Shown piece after piece: positions 51,917-62,896 of a DNA stretch of 64,000 bases; the first letter of the stretch is position 1; each line of letters opens with the position of its first letter. The notes under the pieces were generated by a model. It saw only the letters and a program-made list of their open reading frames with translations, did not search any database and was not told where the DNA came from. The position numbers and the translations under genes were made by a program. The DNA comes from Pseudomonadota bacterium (GTDB lineage Bacteria > Pseudomonadota > Gammaproteobacteria > UBA9214), in assembly GCA_039714155.1 (NCBI GenBank), contig JBDLJX010000001.1, positions 1,257 through 65,256 of the forward strand, in the 5' to 3' direction.

Positions 51917-53806
51917 TCAGTTTTCGCCTTTCTGTTCAAATTCATCAATGCGATGACCGGCCATGGCCTGCCGGATACTGTTATTCATCCGACGCTCAAC
52001 ATACACGGCGCTGGCCTTCTCGACCGCTGCGATTGCTTCCCTGATCGCACGATTATCGCTGCCACCGCGGACTGACTCCAGATGCAGGGCCGCAACATCT
52101 ATCGCGGCGCGTTCACCGGCATCCAGCATGCGATCGCCGTCCTCGGCGAGCGCTGCCCGCAGCGCCTCCAGCACCCTGTCGGCCTCGACCTGCTGTTCAC
52201 GCAGGCGCCGCTGTTGCATATCTTCCTGTGCGTGCGCCATGGAGTCCTTCAACATAGTCTCGATTTCACTGTCACTCAGACCGTAGGACGGCTTGACTTC
52301 AATACTGCTTTTTACAGCCGTGGTCTGTTCTTCCGCTGTCACACCAAGCAGACCATCAGCATCCACCTGAAATGTCACCCGTATGCGGGCGCCACCGGCT
52401 ACCAGCGGTGGAATATCGCGCAGTTCAAACCTTGCCAGTGAACGACAGTCACTGACCAGTTCCCGCTCACCCTGCACCACATGCAGCGACATGGCGGTCT
52501 GACCGTCCTTGAACGTCGTGAATTCCTGGGCGCGTGCCGTCGGAATCGTGGTGTTACGTGGAATAATCTTCTCTGCCAGTCCGCCCATGGTCTCCAGTCC
52601 GAGTGACAGCGGGATCACGTCCAGCAGCAGCATTTCGTCTTCCGGTTTGTTGCCGGCGAGGATATCTGCCTGGATGGCCGCGCCGACAGCAACGACCTTG
52701 TCAGGGTCGATATCCGCCAGCGGTTCCATGCCAAAAAACCCGCCGACCTTTTCACGTACGCGCGGCACACGGGTCGAACCGCCCACCATGACCACGGCCT
52801 CGATATCCTTTGCCCGGATACCGGCATCGCGTAATGCCCGTCGACAGGGGCTCAGGGTTTTCCGGATTAACGGGTCTACCAGGGTGTCGAACTGCGCGCG
52901 GGTCAGCTCGCCACTCCAGTTCCGGTCATCATCAAGTGCAACCGTCACCCCGGTGGCGGACGCTGCCGTCAGGGCCTCCTTGGCATCCCGCGCGACATGC
53001 ATCAGGCGCCGCATCTGGTGATGCCCGGCATCATCACGGATACCGGCCTGCTGCATGATCCAGCCGGCGACAGCGCGATCAAAATCATCACCGCCAAGTG
53101 CGCTGTCCCCGGCCGTCGACATCACTTCGAACACGCCGCGTTTCAGGCGCAGAATGGAAATATCAAAAGTGCCGCCACCGAGATCATAAATCGCGGTAAC
53201 ACCCCCGGACTCACGATCGAGCCCATACGCCACTGCGGCTGCCGTCGGCTCGTTCAGCAGGCGTAACACATTGAGGCCGGCCAGGCGACCGGCATCCCTG
53301 GTTGCCTGCCGCTGGGCATCATCGAAATAGGCCGGCACGGTGATGACCACACCCTGCAATTCACCACCCAGGCTTTCCTCGGCACGTGCCTTCAATACCC
53401 GCAGGATATCGGCCGAAACCTCAACCGGACTGATATTGCCGGCAGCGGTATGCAACAACGGCATGTTGCTTTCGCCCTCGACAAACGCGTAGGGCATGTG
53501 AGTACCCACGTGTTTTACATCCTCGACGCCACGGCCCATGAGGCGCTTGACCGAGGCGATGGTGTTTAACGGGTCGGTGGTCGCGGCGGCGAGGGCCGTC
53601 TTTCCCACTTCCGGTGCACCACTGTCGCGATAACGCACGACCGATGGCAACAGGTGCTCGCCGTCGATATCCGGCAGGGTCTCCGCCACACCACTGCGCA
53701 CACTGGCTACCAGCGAGTTGGTCGTACCGAGATCGATTCCAGCCGCCAGCCGGTGTTCGTGCGGCGCGGCGGATTCACCCGGTTCTGATATCTGTAACAG
53801 CGCCAT
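51917..53806 (-). CDS. hscA: Fe-S cluster chaperone HscA (Hsp70)
   Basis: 629 aa; [16 protein letters not shown] Hsp70 motifs. Confidence 0.95.
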   Translation of the reverse strand: MALLQISEPGESAAPHEHRLAAGIDLGTTNSLVASVRSGVAETLPDIDGEHLLPSVVRYRDSGAPEVGKTALAAATTDPLNTIASVKRLMGRGVEDVKHVGTHMPYAFVEGESNMPLLHTAAGNISPVEVSADILRVLKARAEESLGGELQGVVITVPAYFDDAQRQATRDAGRLAGLNVLRLLNEPTAAAVAYGLDRESGGVTAIYDLGGGTFDISILRLKRGVFEVMSTAGDSALGGDDFDRAVAGWIMQQAGIRDDAGHHQMRRLMHVARDAKEALTAASATGVTVALDDDRNWSGELTRAQFDTLVDPLIRKTLSPCRRALRDAGIRAKDIEAVVMVGGSTRVPRVREKVGGFFGMEPLADIDPDKVVAVGAAIQADILAGNKPEDEMLLLDVIPLSLGLETMGGLAEKIIPRNTTIPTARAQEFTTFKDGQTAMSLHVVQGERELVSDCRSLARFELRDIPPLVAGGARIRVTFQVDADGLLGVTAEEQTTAVKSSIEVKPSYGLSDSEIETMLKDSMAHAQEDMQQRRLREQQVEADRVLEALRAALAEDGDRMLDAGERAAIDVAALHLESVRGGSDNRAIREAIAAVEKASAVYVERRMNNSIRQAMAGHRIDEFEQKGEN

Positions 53807-53835
53807 GTTTGACTAGGTAAATTTTTCCAGTGTAC

Positions 53836-54384
53836 TCAGTCCAGTTCGTCTTCCAGGGCCGCTTCCAGTTCCTGCGCCTCTTCATCAAGCCGCCGGAAAA
53901 ACTGCATCTTCATGAGCGTATCGGCCACGGCGTCATGGTCGGTTTCATCCGCCTCTAGCAGCGCCTGTAAGTCACCGGCAAGGCCATCAAAGTCGCTTGT
54001 CACCCGGTCGATGACACTGCCAAGCGCCGCAAACGGATCGGCCGCAGCACGCACCTCGCCCAGCGCCTCACGCAGCTCCATCTGTTCCATCAGGAAGGCA
54101 GCATCGCTGGTGGTGTGATGCTCATCATTGAAGGTATAGCCTGTCAGCTCCAGCAAATAGCGGCCGCGCCGCAACGGGTCCTTCAGTACCTGATAACCCT
54201 CGTTGACCCGGGTGGCCTGCTGCATCGACAGCCGCCGCTCCTGGTCGCTGGCATTCACGAAGCGGTCAGGATGCACCGCACGCTGCAACTCACGATAGCG
54301 GCTGTCCAGTTGCGCCAGATCAACCGTAAAGGACTGCGGCAACCCGAATAACCCGAAATGCGTTGAGGACAAATCCACAGCCAT
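53836..54384 (-). CDS. hscB: Co-chaperone HscB (J-domain)
   Basis: 182 aa; J-domain HPD motif (AVHPDRF). Confidence 0.9.
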   Translation of the reverse strand: MAVDLSSTHFGLFGLPQSFTVDLAQLDSRYRELQRAVHPDRFVNASDQERRLSMQQATRVNEGYQVLKDPLRRGRYLLELTGYTFNDEHHTTSDAAFLMEQMELREALGEVRAAADPFAALGSVIDRVTSDFDGLAGDLQALLEADETDHDAVADTLMKMQFFRRLDEEAQELEAALEDELD

Positions 54385-54427
54385 GAAACAACCGTCAGGT
54401 TAGCGCGTAAACCAGCGGACGCTGATA

Positions 54428-54751
54428 TCAGACGTTGAAACTTTCCCCGCAGCCACACAGATCCTTGACGTTGGGATTGTTGAACTGGAAACCCTCGTTC
54501 AGACCTTCCTTTGCATAATCCAGTTCGGTGCCATCGAGATACACCAGTGACTTGGGGTTAATCAGTATCTTGACGCCATGATCTTCAAAGACGGTGTCGC
54601 CCGCTTCGATCTCGTCGGCATATTCGATGACATAGGCCATACCGGAACAACCCGTAGTCTTGATGCCGAGACGCAGGCCTACGCCCTTGCCGCGTTTGTC
54701 GAGGAAGGCCTTGACGCGGGACGCTGCGGCTTCGGTCAGTGTAATTGCCAT
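54428..54751 (-). CDS. iscA: Iron-sulfur cluster insertion protein IscA (A-type carrier)
   Basis: 107 aa; GCSG ... CGCGESF C-terminus; start lies only 18 nt after iscS stop. Confidence 0.92.
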   Translation of the reverse strand: MAITLTEAAASRVKAFLDKRGKGVGLRLGIKTTGCSGMAYVIEYADEIEAGDTVFEDHGVKILINPKSLVYLDGTELDYAKEGLNEGFQFNNPNVKDLCGCGESFNV

Positions 54752-54769
54752 GCTGATCGCCCTTTCAGT

Positions 54770-55990
54770 CTAGTGTGCAGCCCACTGCACAGTATCCAGG
54801 TCAACACCGTCCTTGTACATTTCCCACAGCGGCGACAGGTCACGCAACTTGCCTACCTTGTCATGGAGCCGCTCGATGATGTAATCAATTTCATCCCCGG
54901 TCGTATAGCGGCCAATGGTAAAACGCAGTGAACTGTGTGCCAGTTCATCATTGCGGCCAAGCGCACGCAGCACGTAGGACGGCTCCAGACTGGCACTGGT
55001 ACAGGCGGAACCTGATGACACGGCCATGTCATTCAGCGCCATAATGAGGCTTTCGCCTTCAACAAAATTGAAACTGACATTCAGATTGCCCGGCACGCGG
55101 TGATCGTAGTCGCCATTCAGGTAAACCTCTTCCATGTCCTTGAGTCCGTCCCACAGGCGGTCGCGCAGTGTTTGAATACGGGCTTCCTCCTCGACCATTT
55201 CTTCCCTGGCAATACGGAAGGCCTCGCCCATGCCGACAATCTGGTGTGTTGCCAGGGTGCCGGAGCGCATGCCACGCTCATGCCCGCCACCATGCATCTG
55301 CGCCTCGAGGCGAACGCGCGGTTTACGGCGTACGTACAGGGCGCCGATGCCCTTCGGACCGTAAATCTTGTGTGCCGAGAATGACATCAGGTCAACCTTG
55401 AGCACCTGCAGGTCAATCGGCAGCTTGCCGGCACTCTGGGCGGCGTCGACATGGTAGATAATCTTGCGCGAACGGCACAGTTCGCCGATGGCGGCAATAT
55501 CCTGGATAACACCGATCTCGTTGTTCACGTGCATGACAGACACGAGGATGGTGTCATCACGCATGGCAGCCTCCAGTCTGGCAAGATCCAGCAGGCCGTT
55601 GGGCTCGGGATCCAGGTAGCTAAGCTCGTAGCCTTCACGCTCCAGCTGGCGGCAGGTATCCAGCACCGCCTTGTGCTCGGTCTTCATGGTAATGATGTGA
55701 TTGCCCTGCTTCTTGTAGAAGTGCGCAGCGCCCTTGATGGCCAGATTGTCGGATTCGGTCGCACCGGACGTCCAGACAATTTCCCGCGGGTCGGCATTGA
55801 GCAGTGCAGCGACGTGATTACGGGCTACCTTGACGGCATCGTCTGCCTGCCAGCCAAAGGTGTGCGAACGTGATGCCGGGTTGCCAAACTGGCCCTGGCG
55901 TGTCAGGTAGGTACACATCTTCTCTGCAACACGCTCATCAACCGGAGTTGTTGCGGAGTAGTCCATGTAAATCGGGATACTGATATTCAT
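54770..55990 (-). CDS. iscS: Cysteine desulfurase IscS
   Basis: 406 aa; [12 protein letters not shown]-terminus, PLP-lysine [12 protein letters not shown], active-site SSGSACTS. Confidence 0.95.
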   Translation of the reverse strand: MNISIPIYMDYSATTPVDERVAEKMCTYLTRQGQFGNPASRSHTFGWQADDAVKVARNHVAALLNADPREIVWTSGATESDNLAIKGAAHFYKKQGNHIITMKTEHKAVLDTCRQLEREGYELSYLDPEPNGLLDLARLEAAMRDDTILVSVMHVNNEIGVIQDIAAIGELCRSRKIIYHVDAAQSAGKLPIDLQVLKVDLMSFSAHKIYGPKGIGALYVRRKPRVRLEAQMHGGGHERGMRSGTLATHQIVGMGEAFRIAREEMVEEEARIQTLRDRLWDGLKDMEEVYLNGDYDHRVPGNLNVSFNFVEGESLIMALNDMAVSSGSACTSASLEPSYVLRALGRNDELAHSSLRFTIGRYTTGDEIDYIIERLHDKVGKLRDLSPLWEMYKDGVDLDTVQWAAH

Positions 55991-56026
55991 ACTTCAAATC
56001 CTGTCAGTAGTTTATTGCCGGCGCCA

Positions 56027-56503
56027 TCAGGCCACTGTCTTTTTCAACGGCAGGGAAGCAAGATTCGCGCTTGCCTGCTGTCGACGAATCACCACAGATA
56101 CATCGTCCCGCCGGATAAAACCGGCGAGGGTAATGTTGTCGAGAAAAGCATAGATTTCGTTACCGAGTTTCGCCCAGAGCTCATGGGTGAGACAGCGCTC
56201 ACCGTCCTGGCAGTCCTCGTTACCGGCACACTGGGTTGCATCGATACCTTCGCCAATGGCGGTAATGACATCAGCCACGGAAATATCATCCGGCTTGCGT
56301 GACAGCCGGTAGCCGCCACCCGGACCGCGCAGGCCCTCGACCAGGCCGTGCTTTTTCAGGCGTGCGAACAGCTGTTCCAGGTAGGACAGCGAGATACCCT
56401 GATTCTCGGAAATATCCGCCAGCGTCACCGGCCCTTCGGGGTAATGAATGGCGAGATCCAGCATGGCTGTTACGGCGTAACGACCTTTTGTTGATAAACG
56501 CAT
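56027..56503 (-). CDS. iscR: Fe-S cluster regulator IscR (Rrf2 family)
   Basis: 158 aa; Rrf2 HTH; cluster ligands C92/C98/C104/H107 ([16 protein letters not shown]). Confidence 0.92.
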   Translation of the reverse strand: MRLSTKGRYAVTAMLDLAIHYPEGPVTLADISENQGISLSYLEQLFARLKKHGLVEGLRGPGGGYRLSRKPDDISVADVITAIGEGIDATQCAGNEDCQDGERCLTHELWAKLGNEIYAFLDNITLAGFIRRDDVSVVIRRQQASANLASLPLKKTVA

Positions 56504-56520
56504 GATTTCTGACCTGAATA

Positions 56521-56580
56521 AGTACCTGATCAGCCGTCATCAGGGGTAACGTGAAATAACCTAGTAAAATGATCAGGTAT
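56521..56580. promoter_or_regulatory. Putative IscR operator region (two TACCTGATCA-containing boxes)
   Basis: agTACCTGATCAgcc at 56521-56535 and ATACCTGATCAttttactaggttat (minus strand of 56556-56580) upstream of iscR; the second loosely resembles E. coli type-1 IscR sites. Confidence 0.35.
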
Positions 56581-56652
56581 AAGTATGCGGTAATCCTGAA
56601 CGACTATCAAGTCGCAGCATCGGAAGGCACGGCGGAAAGACCCGATAAAAAA

Positions 56653-57174
56653 TCAGGATTCTGCAATCAGCAGCGAGGGCTCCAGTGCCGCATCCGCATC
56701 ATCAATACATATCGAGGCACTGTCGGGGTGGAAACGATGCCCCTGCAGCAGGCAGTACCCCAGCCATTTCTGCAGAAAGCGGTTCATGCGCCATTTCTCA
56801 TCAATTGTATAGCGGTGATACATGCGGTTGTACTCGGCATGGCGCAGCCCGCGGCGGCGGCCACAGGCAATGACCTCGCCGACCTGGGCATCATGGTAAA
56901 TGCGCACTCGCATGTCAGGGGCCGGGAAACGTCCCTCTTCATCATGAAACCGGTAGGTAAGATTCAGGGTAGTTGTAAACTTGCAGCGTTCGGCAATACG
57001 CAGGTACAGGTCCAGCGCACCCGGCGTACTGGAGACAACCGCGGCAGGAATGTTGTCCAGATCAGGCACCAGATTGCGCAGCCTTATATAGTTACATTCA
57101 TACAATTCCATCAGACCGGCAAACGTCCGCGGCGGAATGGTATAAATGTCAGCTTGTCGCAATGTGCATCTCAT
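56653..57174 (-). CDS. DUF1249 family protein (YqiB-like)
   Basis: 173 aa; LMELYECNYIRLRNLVP, VRIYHDAQVGEV, MNRFLQKWLGYCLLQG align with E. coli YqiB. Confidence 0.7.
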   Translation of the reverse strand: MRCTLRQADIYTIPPRTFAGLMELYECNYIRLRNLVPDLDNIPAAVVSSTPGALDLYLRIAERCKFTTTLNLTYRFHDEEGRFPAPDMRVRIYHDAQVGEVIACGRRRGLRHAEYNRMYHRYTIDEKWRMNRFLQKWLGYCLLQGHRFHPDSASICIDDADAALEPSLLIAES

Positions 57175-57309
57175 CTTGCCATCATAGCATGCCGGATAAA
57201 ATAACTGCCTCTATACATGCATCCTGATTTATAGTAACGGGATAAATATCGGCGCAATGCGACAGATCTTGATTGCGGTCCCTGCTGCGCCCGCACGCCA
57301 GTTGAAACA

Positions 57310-58782
57310 ATGACAAACACCAGCCATACACCGGATAACGGCATCATCGAACTGCTGCGGAGGCAACTGCCGGCAGAGTGTGTACTGTCGTCAGTCGAAG
57401 AACTGCGCCCCTATGAATGTGATGGCCTGTCGGCCTACCGTAACCTGCCGCTGGTCGTCGTCATCCCGGAAACCCTGGACCAGGTACGGACCGTACTGCA
57501 ACTGTGTTCGGCAAATCGTGTGGCAGTCGTTGCCCGTGGCGCCGGCACCGGTCTGTCAGGCGGTGCCCTGCCAATATCCGATGGCGTCCTGTTGAGCATG
57601 GCGCGCTTCAAACGCATCATTGATATCGACACCGAAAACCGCACGGCCCGTGTACAACCCGGGGTAACCAATCTGTCGATATCAGCAGCAGCCGCACCCC
57701 ATGGTTTGTATTACGCGCCGGACCCCTCTTCGCAGATTGCCTGTTCCATTGGCGGCAACGTCGCGGAAAATGCCGGTGGTGTACATTGCCTGAAATACGG
57801 TCTGACCGTGCATAACATCCTGCGGCTCGAAATACTCACCATGGACGGCCAGCGCCTGACCATTGGCAGCCAGGCACTGGACAGTCCCGGCTATGACCTG
57901 CTGGCACTGCTGACCGGTTCCGAGGGCCTGCTCGGTATCATCACCGAAATCACGGTCAAGCTGCTGCCGCTGCCGCAAGCCGCGCAGGTGGTACTGGCCG
58001 CGTTCGATTCCGTAGAAGCCGCCGGCACTGCGGTAACTGCCACCATTGCCAGTGGCATTATCCCGGCAGGGCTGGAATTACTCGACAATCCGGCCATCAA
58101 GGCCGTGGAAAAATTCACGCATACCGGTTATCCGGAACAGGCCGCTGCCATCCTGCTGTGCGAAGTCGATGGTTCACAGGATGATGTCGATACCCAGATC
58201 AAACGTATCAACCAGGTGTTCAGGGATGCCGGCGCCACCGAACTGCAGGTGTCACACAACGAGACCGAACGCCAGCGCTTCTGGGCCGGACGCAAGGCAG
58301 CCTTCCCGGCCATGGGCCGCCTGTCACCCGATTATTACTGCATGGATGGCACCATCCCGCGCAAGCACCTGGCCAGGGTATTGAACGGTATCGCCAGCCT
58401 GTCCGCGGAATACGCTCTGCCCATCTGCAACGTGTTTCACGCCGGTGATGGCAACCTGCATCCGCTGATCCTGTACGATGCCAATACCGCCGGTGAACTG
58501 GAGCGTACCGAAGAACTCGGCGGCAAAATACTGGAACTGTGCGTCGCGGTCGGTGGCACGATCACCGGCGAACACGGTGTCGGACTCGAAAAAATCAACC
58601 AGATGTGCGTACAGTTCAACAGTGAGGAACTGACACAATTTCACGCCGTCAAGCATGCCTTCGACCCGCAGTCCCTGCTCAATCCCGGCAAGGCAATCCC
58701 GACACTGCACCGCTGTGCCGAGTTCGGCGCCATGCACGTACATGGCGGCAAACTGCCACACCCGGAACTCGAGCGCTTCTGA
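57310..58782 (+). CDS. glcD: Glycolate oxidase FAD-linked subunit GlcD
   Basis: 490 aa; FAD_binding_4 domain (ARGAGTGLSGGA) plus FAD-oxidase C-terminal domain. Confidence 0.9.
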   Translation: MTNTSHTPDNGIIELLRRQLPAECVLSSVEELRPYECDGLSAYRNLPLVVVIPETLDQVRTVLQLCSANRVAVVARGAGTGLSGGALPISDGVLLSMARFKRIIDIDTENRTARVQPGVTNLSISAAAAPHGLYYAPDPSSQIACSIGGNVAENAGGVHCLKYGLTVHNILRLEILTMDGQRLTIGSQALDSPGYDLLALLTGSEGLLGIITEITVKLLPLPQAAQVVLAAFDSVEAAGTAVTATIASGIIPAGLELLDNPAIKAVEKFTHTGYPEQAAAILLCEVDGSQDDVDTQIKRINQVFRDAGATELQVSHNETERQRFWAGRKAAFPAMGRLSPDYYCMDGTIPRKHLARVLNGIASLSAEYALPICNVFHAGDGNLHPLILYDANTAGELERTEELGGKILELCVAVGGTITGEHGVGLEKINQMCVQFNSEELTQFHAVKHAFDPQSLLNPGKAIPTLHRCAEFGAMHVHGGKLPHPELERF

Positions 58783-58786
58783 CAGC

Positions 58787-59842
58787 ATGGAACAACTGAT
58801 TGCGTCATACCGCGAGACACTGGCATCTGCCACGCAGAGTGACACGGCGTTGCGTATTCATGGCAGCAACAGCAAGGCATTCTACGGCCGTCCTGTAAAT
58901 GCCACCGCACTGGATGTCAGCGGCTACACGGGCATCCTCGACTATTCACCCCCGGAACTGGTGGTATCGGCACGCGCCGGCACCCGCCTGGCAGACCTGG
59001 ACGCAGCGCTGGCAGCAGAAAACCAGCTGCTGCCATTCGAACCGCCCCGTTTCGGCCCTGATGCCACCCTTGGCGGGACCATTGCCTGCGGCCTGTCCGG
59101 ACCGCGCCGTCCCTATGCCGGCGCCGCACGCGACTACGTACTGGGTATTACCTGCCTGAACGGCAAGGGTGAATTACTGCGCTTTGGTGGCCAGGTCATG
59201 AAAAACGTGGCCGGCTATGACCTGTCACGCACCCTGACCGGTTCACATGGAACCCTGGCGGTACTGCTCGACATCACACTCAGGATCCTGCCGCGCCCGG
59301 AAACCGAACTGACACTGTGCCGGCCTGCCGATGAAGCCGGCGCCATACGGTTATTCAACCGCTGGGCGGGACAACCGCTGCCGCTGTCGGCCGGCTGTTA
59401 TCACAACGGCCGCCTGCTGGTACGTCTGTCCGGCTTTGAACAGGGCGTCCGCGCTGCTGCTGCAACAGTCGGTGGCGACGAGGTCACGGACGGCCAGTCA
59501 TACTGGGAAAGTCTGCGTGAGCACCGGCTGGATTTCTTCAGCGGAGAACAACCCCTGTGGCGGCTATCGGTACCGCCAGCGACGCCACCACTGCAACTGG
59601 AAGGCCAACCCCTGCTCGACTGGGGTGGTGCGCAGCGGTGGCTGACAAGCGACCTGCCAGCCAGCACCATCCGCGCAGCGGCAACCGCAGCCGGCGGCCA
59701 TGCCACCTGTTTCCGTGCTGCCGGCCGTGACGATGTCTTCCAGCCACTGTCAGCTGACATGCTGGCCCTGCAGCAACGCCTGAAGGCCAGTTTCGATCCG
59801 GCCGGCATCCTCAATCCCGGCCGCATGTACCCCGGCCTGTAA
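58787..59842 (+). CDS. glcE: Glycolate oxidase FAD-binding subunit GlcE
   Basis: About 351 aa from MEQLIASYRE; starts 5 nt after glcD stop. Confidence 0.88.
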   Translation: MEQLIASYRETLASATQSDTALRIHGSNSKAFYGRPVNATALDVSGYTGILDYSPPELVVSARAGTRLADLDAALAAENQLLPFEPPRFGPDATLGGTIACGLSGPRRPYAGAARDYVLGITCLNGKGELLRFGGQVMKNVAGYDLSRTLTGSHGTLAVLLDITLRILPRPETELTLCRPADEAGAIRLFNRWAGQPLPLSAGCYHNGRLLVRLSGFEQGVRAAAATVGGDEVTDGQSYWESLREHRLDFFSGEQPLWRLSVPPATPPLQLEGQPLLDWGGAQRWLTSDLPASTIRAAATAAGGHATCFRAAGRDDVFQPLSADMLALQQRLKASFDPAGILNPGRMYPGL

Positions 59843-59847
59843 GTGTT

Positions 59848-61071
59848 ATGCAGACCTCGCTGACAGCCAGCTTTCTCGAGACCCCGGCCGGCAAGGCTGC
59901 TGACGAAATCCTGCGCAACTGCGTGCACTGCGGTTTCTGCAACGCCACCTGTCCGACCTACCAGCTGACCGGCGACGAACTCGACGGACCGCGCGGGCGT
60001 ATCTATCTCATCAAGCAGATGCTGGAAGGCAACACACCGTCGGCAGCCACCCGCATTCACCTCGATCGCTGCCTGACCTGTCGGGCCTGCGAAACCACCT
60101 GCCCGTCCGGCGTCGAGTACCACACTCTGCTCGATACCGGCCGCGAATTGATTGAGACACGCGTGCCGCGTCCGGTGATGACTCAACTGCAACGCTGGCT
60201 GCTCCGCAAGGGGCTGACCAATCGCCGGCTGTTCACGTCGGCGCTGCGGCTTGGTCAGGCATTGCGGCCGCTTCTGCCGGCAACACTCAGGCAGAAAATC
60301 CCGCTACGCCAGGCACACCGGCAAGCGGCGCTGTTTCACGCCCACCCGCGCAGCATGCTGCTGCTCGACGGCTGTGTGCAGCCGGCACTGGCCCCGAGTA
60401 TCAACACCGCCACCCGCAGGGTCCTCGATGCGCTCGGGATCAATACCATTATTGCCCGCAACAGCCGCTGTTGCGGCGCCGTCAGCCACCACCTTGGCGC
60501 AGGCAATGAGGCCCGGCGATTCATGCGCCGCAATATCGATGCCTGGTGGCCGGCAATCAACAACGGTGCCGAGGCCATCGTTATTACCGCCAGCGGTTGT
60601 GCCCCCATGGTCAAGGACTACGGCACGCTGCTGGCAGACGACCCTGACTATGCTGACAAGGCAGCCCGTGTCAGTGCACTGGCAAAGGATATCAGTGAAG
60701 TGATTGCGGCCGAACCAATCGATAAACAACTGGCAAGCGACGCCAATAGACAGGCCATCGCCTTTCATTCACCGTGCAGTCTGCAACACGGTCAGAAAAT
60801 TACCGGCAGCGTGGAGACCATACTGCAAAAAGCGGGCTACCGCCTGCAGCCGGTTGCCGACAGCCACTTGTGCTGCGGCTCGGCCGGCACCTGGTCTATC
60901 CTGCAACCGGCCATGGCAAATGAGTTGCGTGACAACAAGCTGGCCGCCCTGCAGGCCGGTCAACCGGATATCATCGCCACCGCCAATATCGGCTGCCTGA
61001 TGCACATGGCCAGTCATGCACAGGTGCCGGTCAAACACTGGATTGAACTACTGGAACCCGAGGCAAATTGA
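59848..61071 (+). CDS. glcF: Glycolate oxidase iron-sulfur subunit GlcF
   Basis: 407 aa; two 4Fe-4S motifs (CVHCGFCNATCP, CLTCRACETTCP) plus two CCG domains. Confidence 0.9.
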   Translation: MQTSLTASFLETPAGKAADEILRNCVHCGFCNATCPTYQLTGDELDGPRGRIYLIKQMLEGNTPSAATRIHLDRCLTCRACETTCPSGVEYHTLLDTGRELIETRVPRPVMTQLQRWLLRKGLTNRRLFTSALRLGQALRPLLPATLRQKIPLRQAHRQAALFHAHPRSMLLLDGCVQPALAPSINTATRRVLDALGINTIIARNSRCCGAVSHHLGAGNEARRFMRRNIDAWWPAINNGAEAIVITASGCAPMVKDYGTLLADDPDYADKAARVSALAKDISEVIAAEPIDKQLASDANRQAIAFHSPCSLQHGQKITGSVETILQKAGYRLQPVADSHLCCGSAGTWSILQPAMANELRDNKLAALQAGQPDIIATANIGCLMHMASHAQVPVKHWIELLEPEAN

Positions 61072-61073
61072 AT

Positions 61074-61883
61074 ATGACCGAACTCCCGCTGTTGATCGAG
61101 CCCGAAACCCTGGAATCAGTCATGGGTACCGATAATATCCTGATCGTTGACCTGTCCAAATCCAGCACCTACCGCAAGCTGCACATCCCGGGTGCTGTAT
61201 GGCTCGACTATTCGCAGATCATCGCTGTCAACAAACCGGTCATGGGGTTGCTGCCGGATTACGACAAGCTGCAGCGGCTATTTTCCGCTATCGGCATCGG
61301 CCCGGATACCCATGTCATCGCCTGTGATGACGAAGGTGGTGGCAAGGCAGCGCGGTTGTTGTGGACACTGGAATGTGCCGGACATCGGCACATGTCATTG
61401 CTGAATGGCGGCCTGCATGCCTGGGCCAACGAAGGCCACGCCTGTAACGATGCGCCTGTGACACCGGTGGCAGCGGATTTCCGGGTTACACACAATACTT
61501 CACCCTGCGCTGACAGCGATTACATACGCGAGCGTCTCGATGATGACAACATCGCCCTGCTGGATGTCCGCAGCCCGGCGGAATTTGATGGCAGCAAGAA
61601 ATTTGCCGAGCGTGGCGGCCACATCCCCGGTGCCATGAACATGGAATGGACCCATGCCATGGACCAGTCACGCAACCTGCGTTTCAAACCGGATGACGAA
61701 CTTAATGCCATGCTGGCGGAACTCGGTATCACCCCGGACAAGGAAATCATCACCTACTGCCAGACCCATCACCGTTCGGCGCATACCTACGTCGTGCTGA
61801 AACACCTGGGCTTCCCGCAGGTCAGGGGTTACCCGGGTTCCTGGTCGGACTGGGGCAACAATCCGGACCTGCCGGTCGAATAA
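61074..61883 (+). CDS. Tandem-rhodanese sulfurtransferase (thiosulfate/3-mercaptopyruvate sulfurtransferase-like)
   Basis: About 270 aa; two rhodanese domains; active-site loop in second domain YCQTHHRS; start ATG 3 nt after glcF TGA. Confidence 0.8.
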   Translation: MTELPLLIEPETLESVMGTDNILIVDLSKSSTYRKLHIPGAVWLDYSQIIAVNKPVMGLLPDYDKLQRLFSAIGIGPDTHVIACDDEGGGKAARLLWTLECAGHRHMSLLNGGLHAWANEGHACNDAPVTPVAADFRVTHNTSPCADSDYIRERLDDDNIALLDVRSPAEFDGSKKFAERGGHIPGAMNMEWTHAMDQSRNLRFKPDDELNAMLAELGITPDKEIITYCQTHHRSAHTYVVLKHLGFPQVRGYPGSWSDWGNNPDLPVE

Positions 61884-62263
61884 ACCAAGGAGAACGGCCA
61901 GACAGACCGCCACTACGGTTAATTGCTTTTTAAAACATGAGATATCTTCTTATCCTATCAACTTGTATTTACCTGTGATCACACGCACGAGTGCATATAT
62001 GCATACCCTAACCGGCATTTCGCCAAAAGATTGGCGAAAGTTGCATGCCATTTATATCTATTTGTTTATTTACAATTAATTAGCAGATTTTATGGTTTCA
62101 GAAATGCCCAAATGAGTAAAGTTCTTAATAACGAATTCTGGCAAACCTTACAAATCATAAATATGGCAGCAGATGCAGGACTAATGAAGTACAGCCCAGG
62201 ATTATCGGGTAAGCCGGTTTGTCTGTCGTTGAGCTTCACAAGCCCGGCCCAACCTGCCGCTGC

Positions 62264-62809
62264 TTACAGCTTGAAGAAATGCTCGCGGTAATGTAGCAGT
62301 TCCCGGATCGAATCCCGGGTGTCATCCAGCGCCAGGTGCGAACTGTCCTTCTTGAAGCCCCTGGCCACATCCGGCGCCCAGCGCATCGCCAGTTCTTTCA
62401 CTGCACTGACATCCAGATTGCGGTAATGGAAGAAGCGCTCCAGCTCGGGCATGCAGCGCGCCATAAAACGCCGGTCCTGGCAGATGCTGTTACCACACAT
62501 GGGTGACTTGTTCGCCGGGACGTACTGTGAAAGGAAGTCCAGTGTCCGCTGTTCGGCCTGCCGCTCGGTAATGGCACTTTTCCTGACTCGCTCGGTCAGG
62601 CCGGAATTACCGTGCTGGCGGGTATTCCATTCATCCATGCCATTGAGTATCCCGTCCGACTGGTGAATCGCCAGCATCGGTCCCTCGGCAAGGATATTCA
62701 GCTTGCTATCGGTAACGATCGTGGCAATTTCAATGATGTAATCATTCATCGTATCCAGGCCCGTCATTTCCAGGTCAATCCAGACAAGATTGTTTGCATC
62801 CTGCGTCAT
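62264..62809 (-). CDS. orn: Oligoribonuclease
   Basis: About 181 aa; DEDDh exonuclease motifs ([11 protein letters not shown]...D). Confidence 0.92.
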   Translation of the reverse strand: MTQDANNLVWIDLEMTGLDTMNDYIIEIATIVTDSKLNILAEGPMLAIHQSDGILNGMDEWNTRQHGNSGLTERVRKSAITERQAEQRTLDFLSQYVPANKSPMCGNSICQDRRFMARCMPELERFFHYRNLDVSAVKELAMRWAPDVARGFKKDSSHLALDDTRDSIRELLHYREHFFKL

Positions 62810-62896
62810 AGATAACAGCATCCTTCTTGAACGTGTGGTTGTCTCGTATTGTACCAGAGGCTACTCTTGCACAAGCAGACCATAGGAACAACACGT

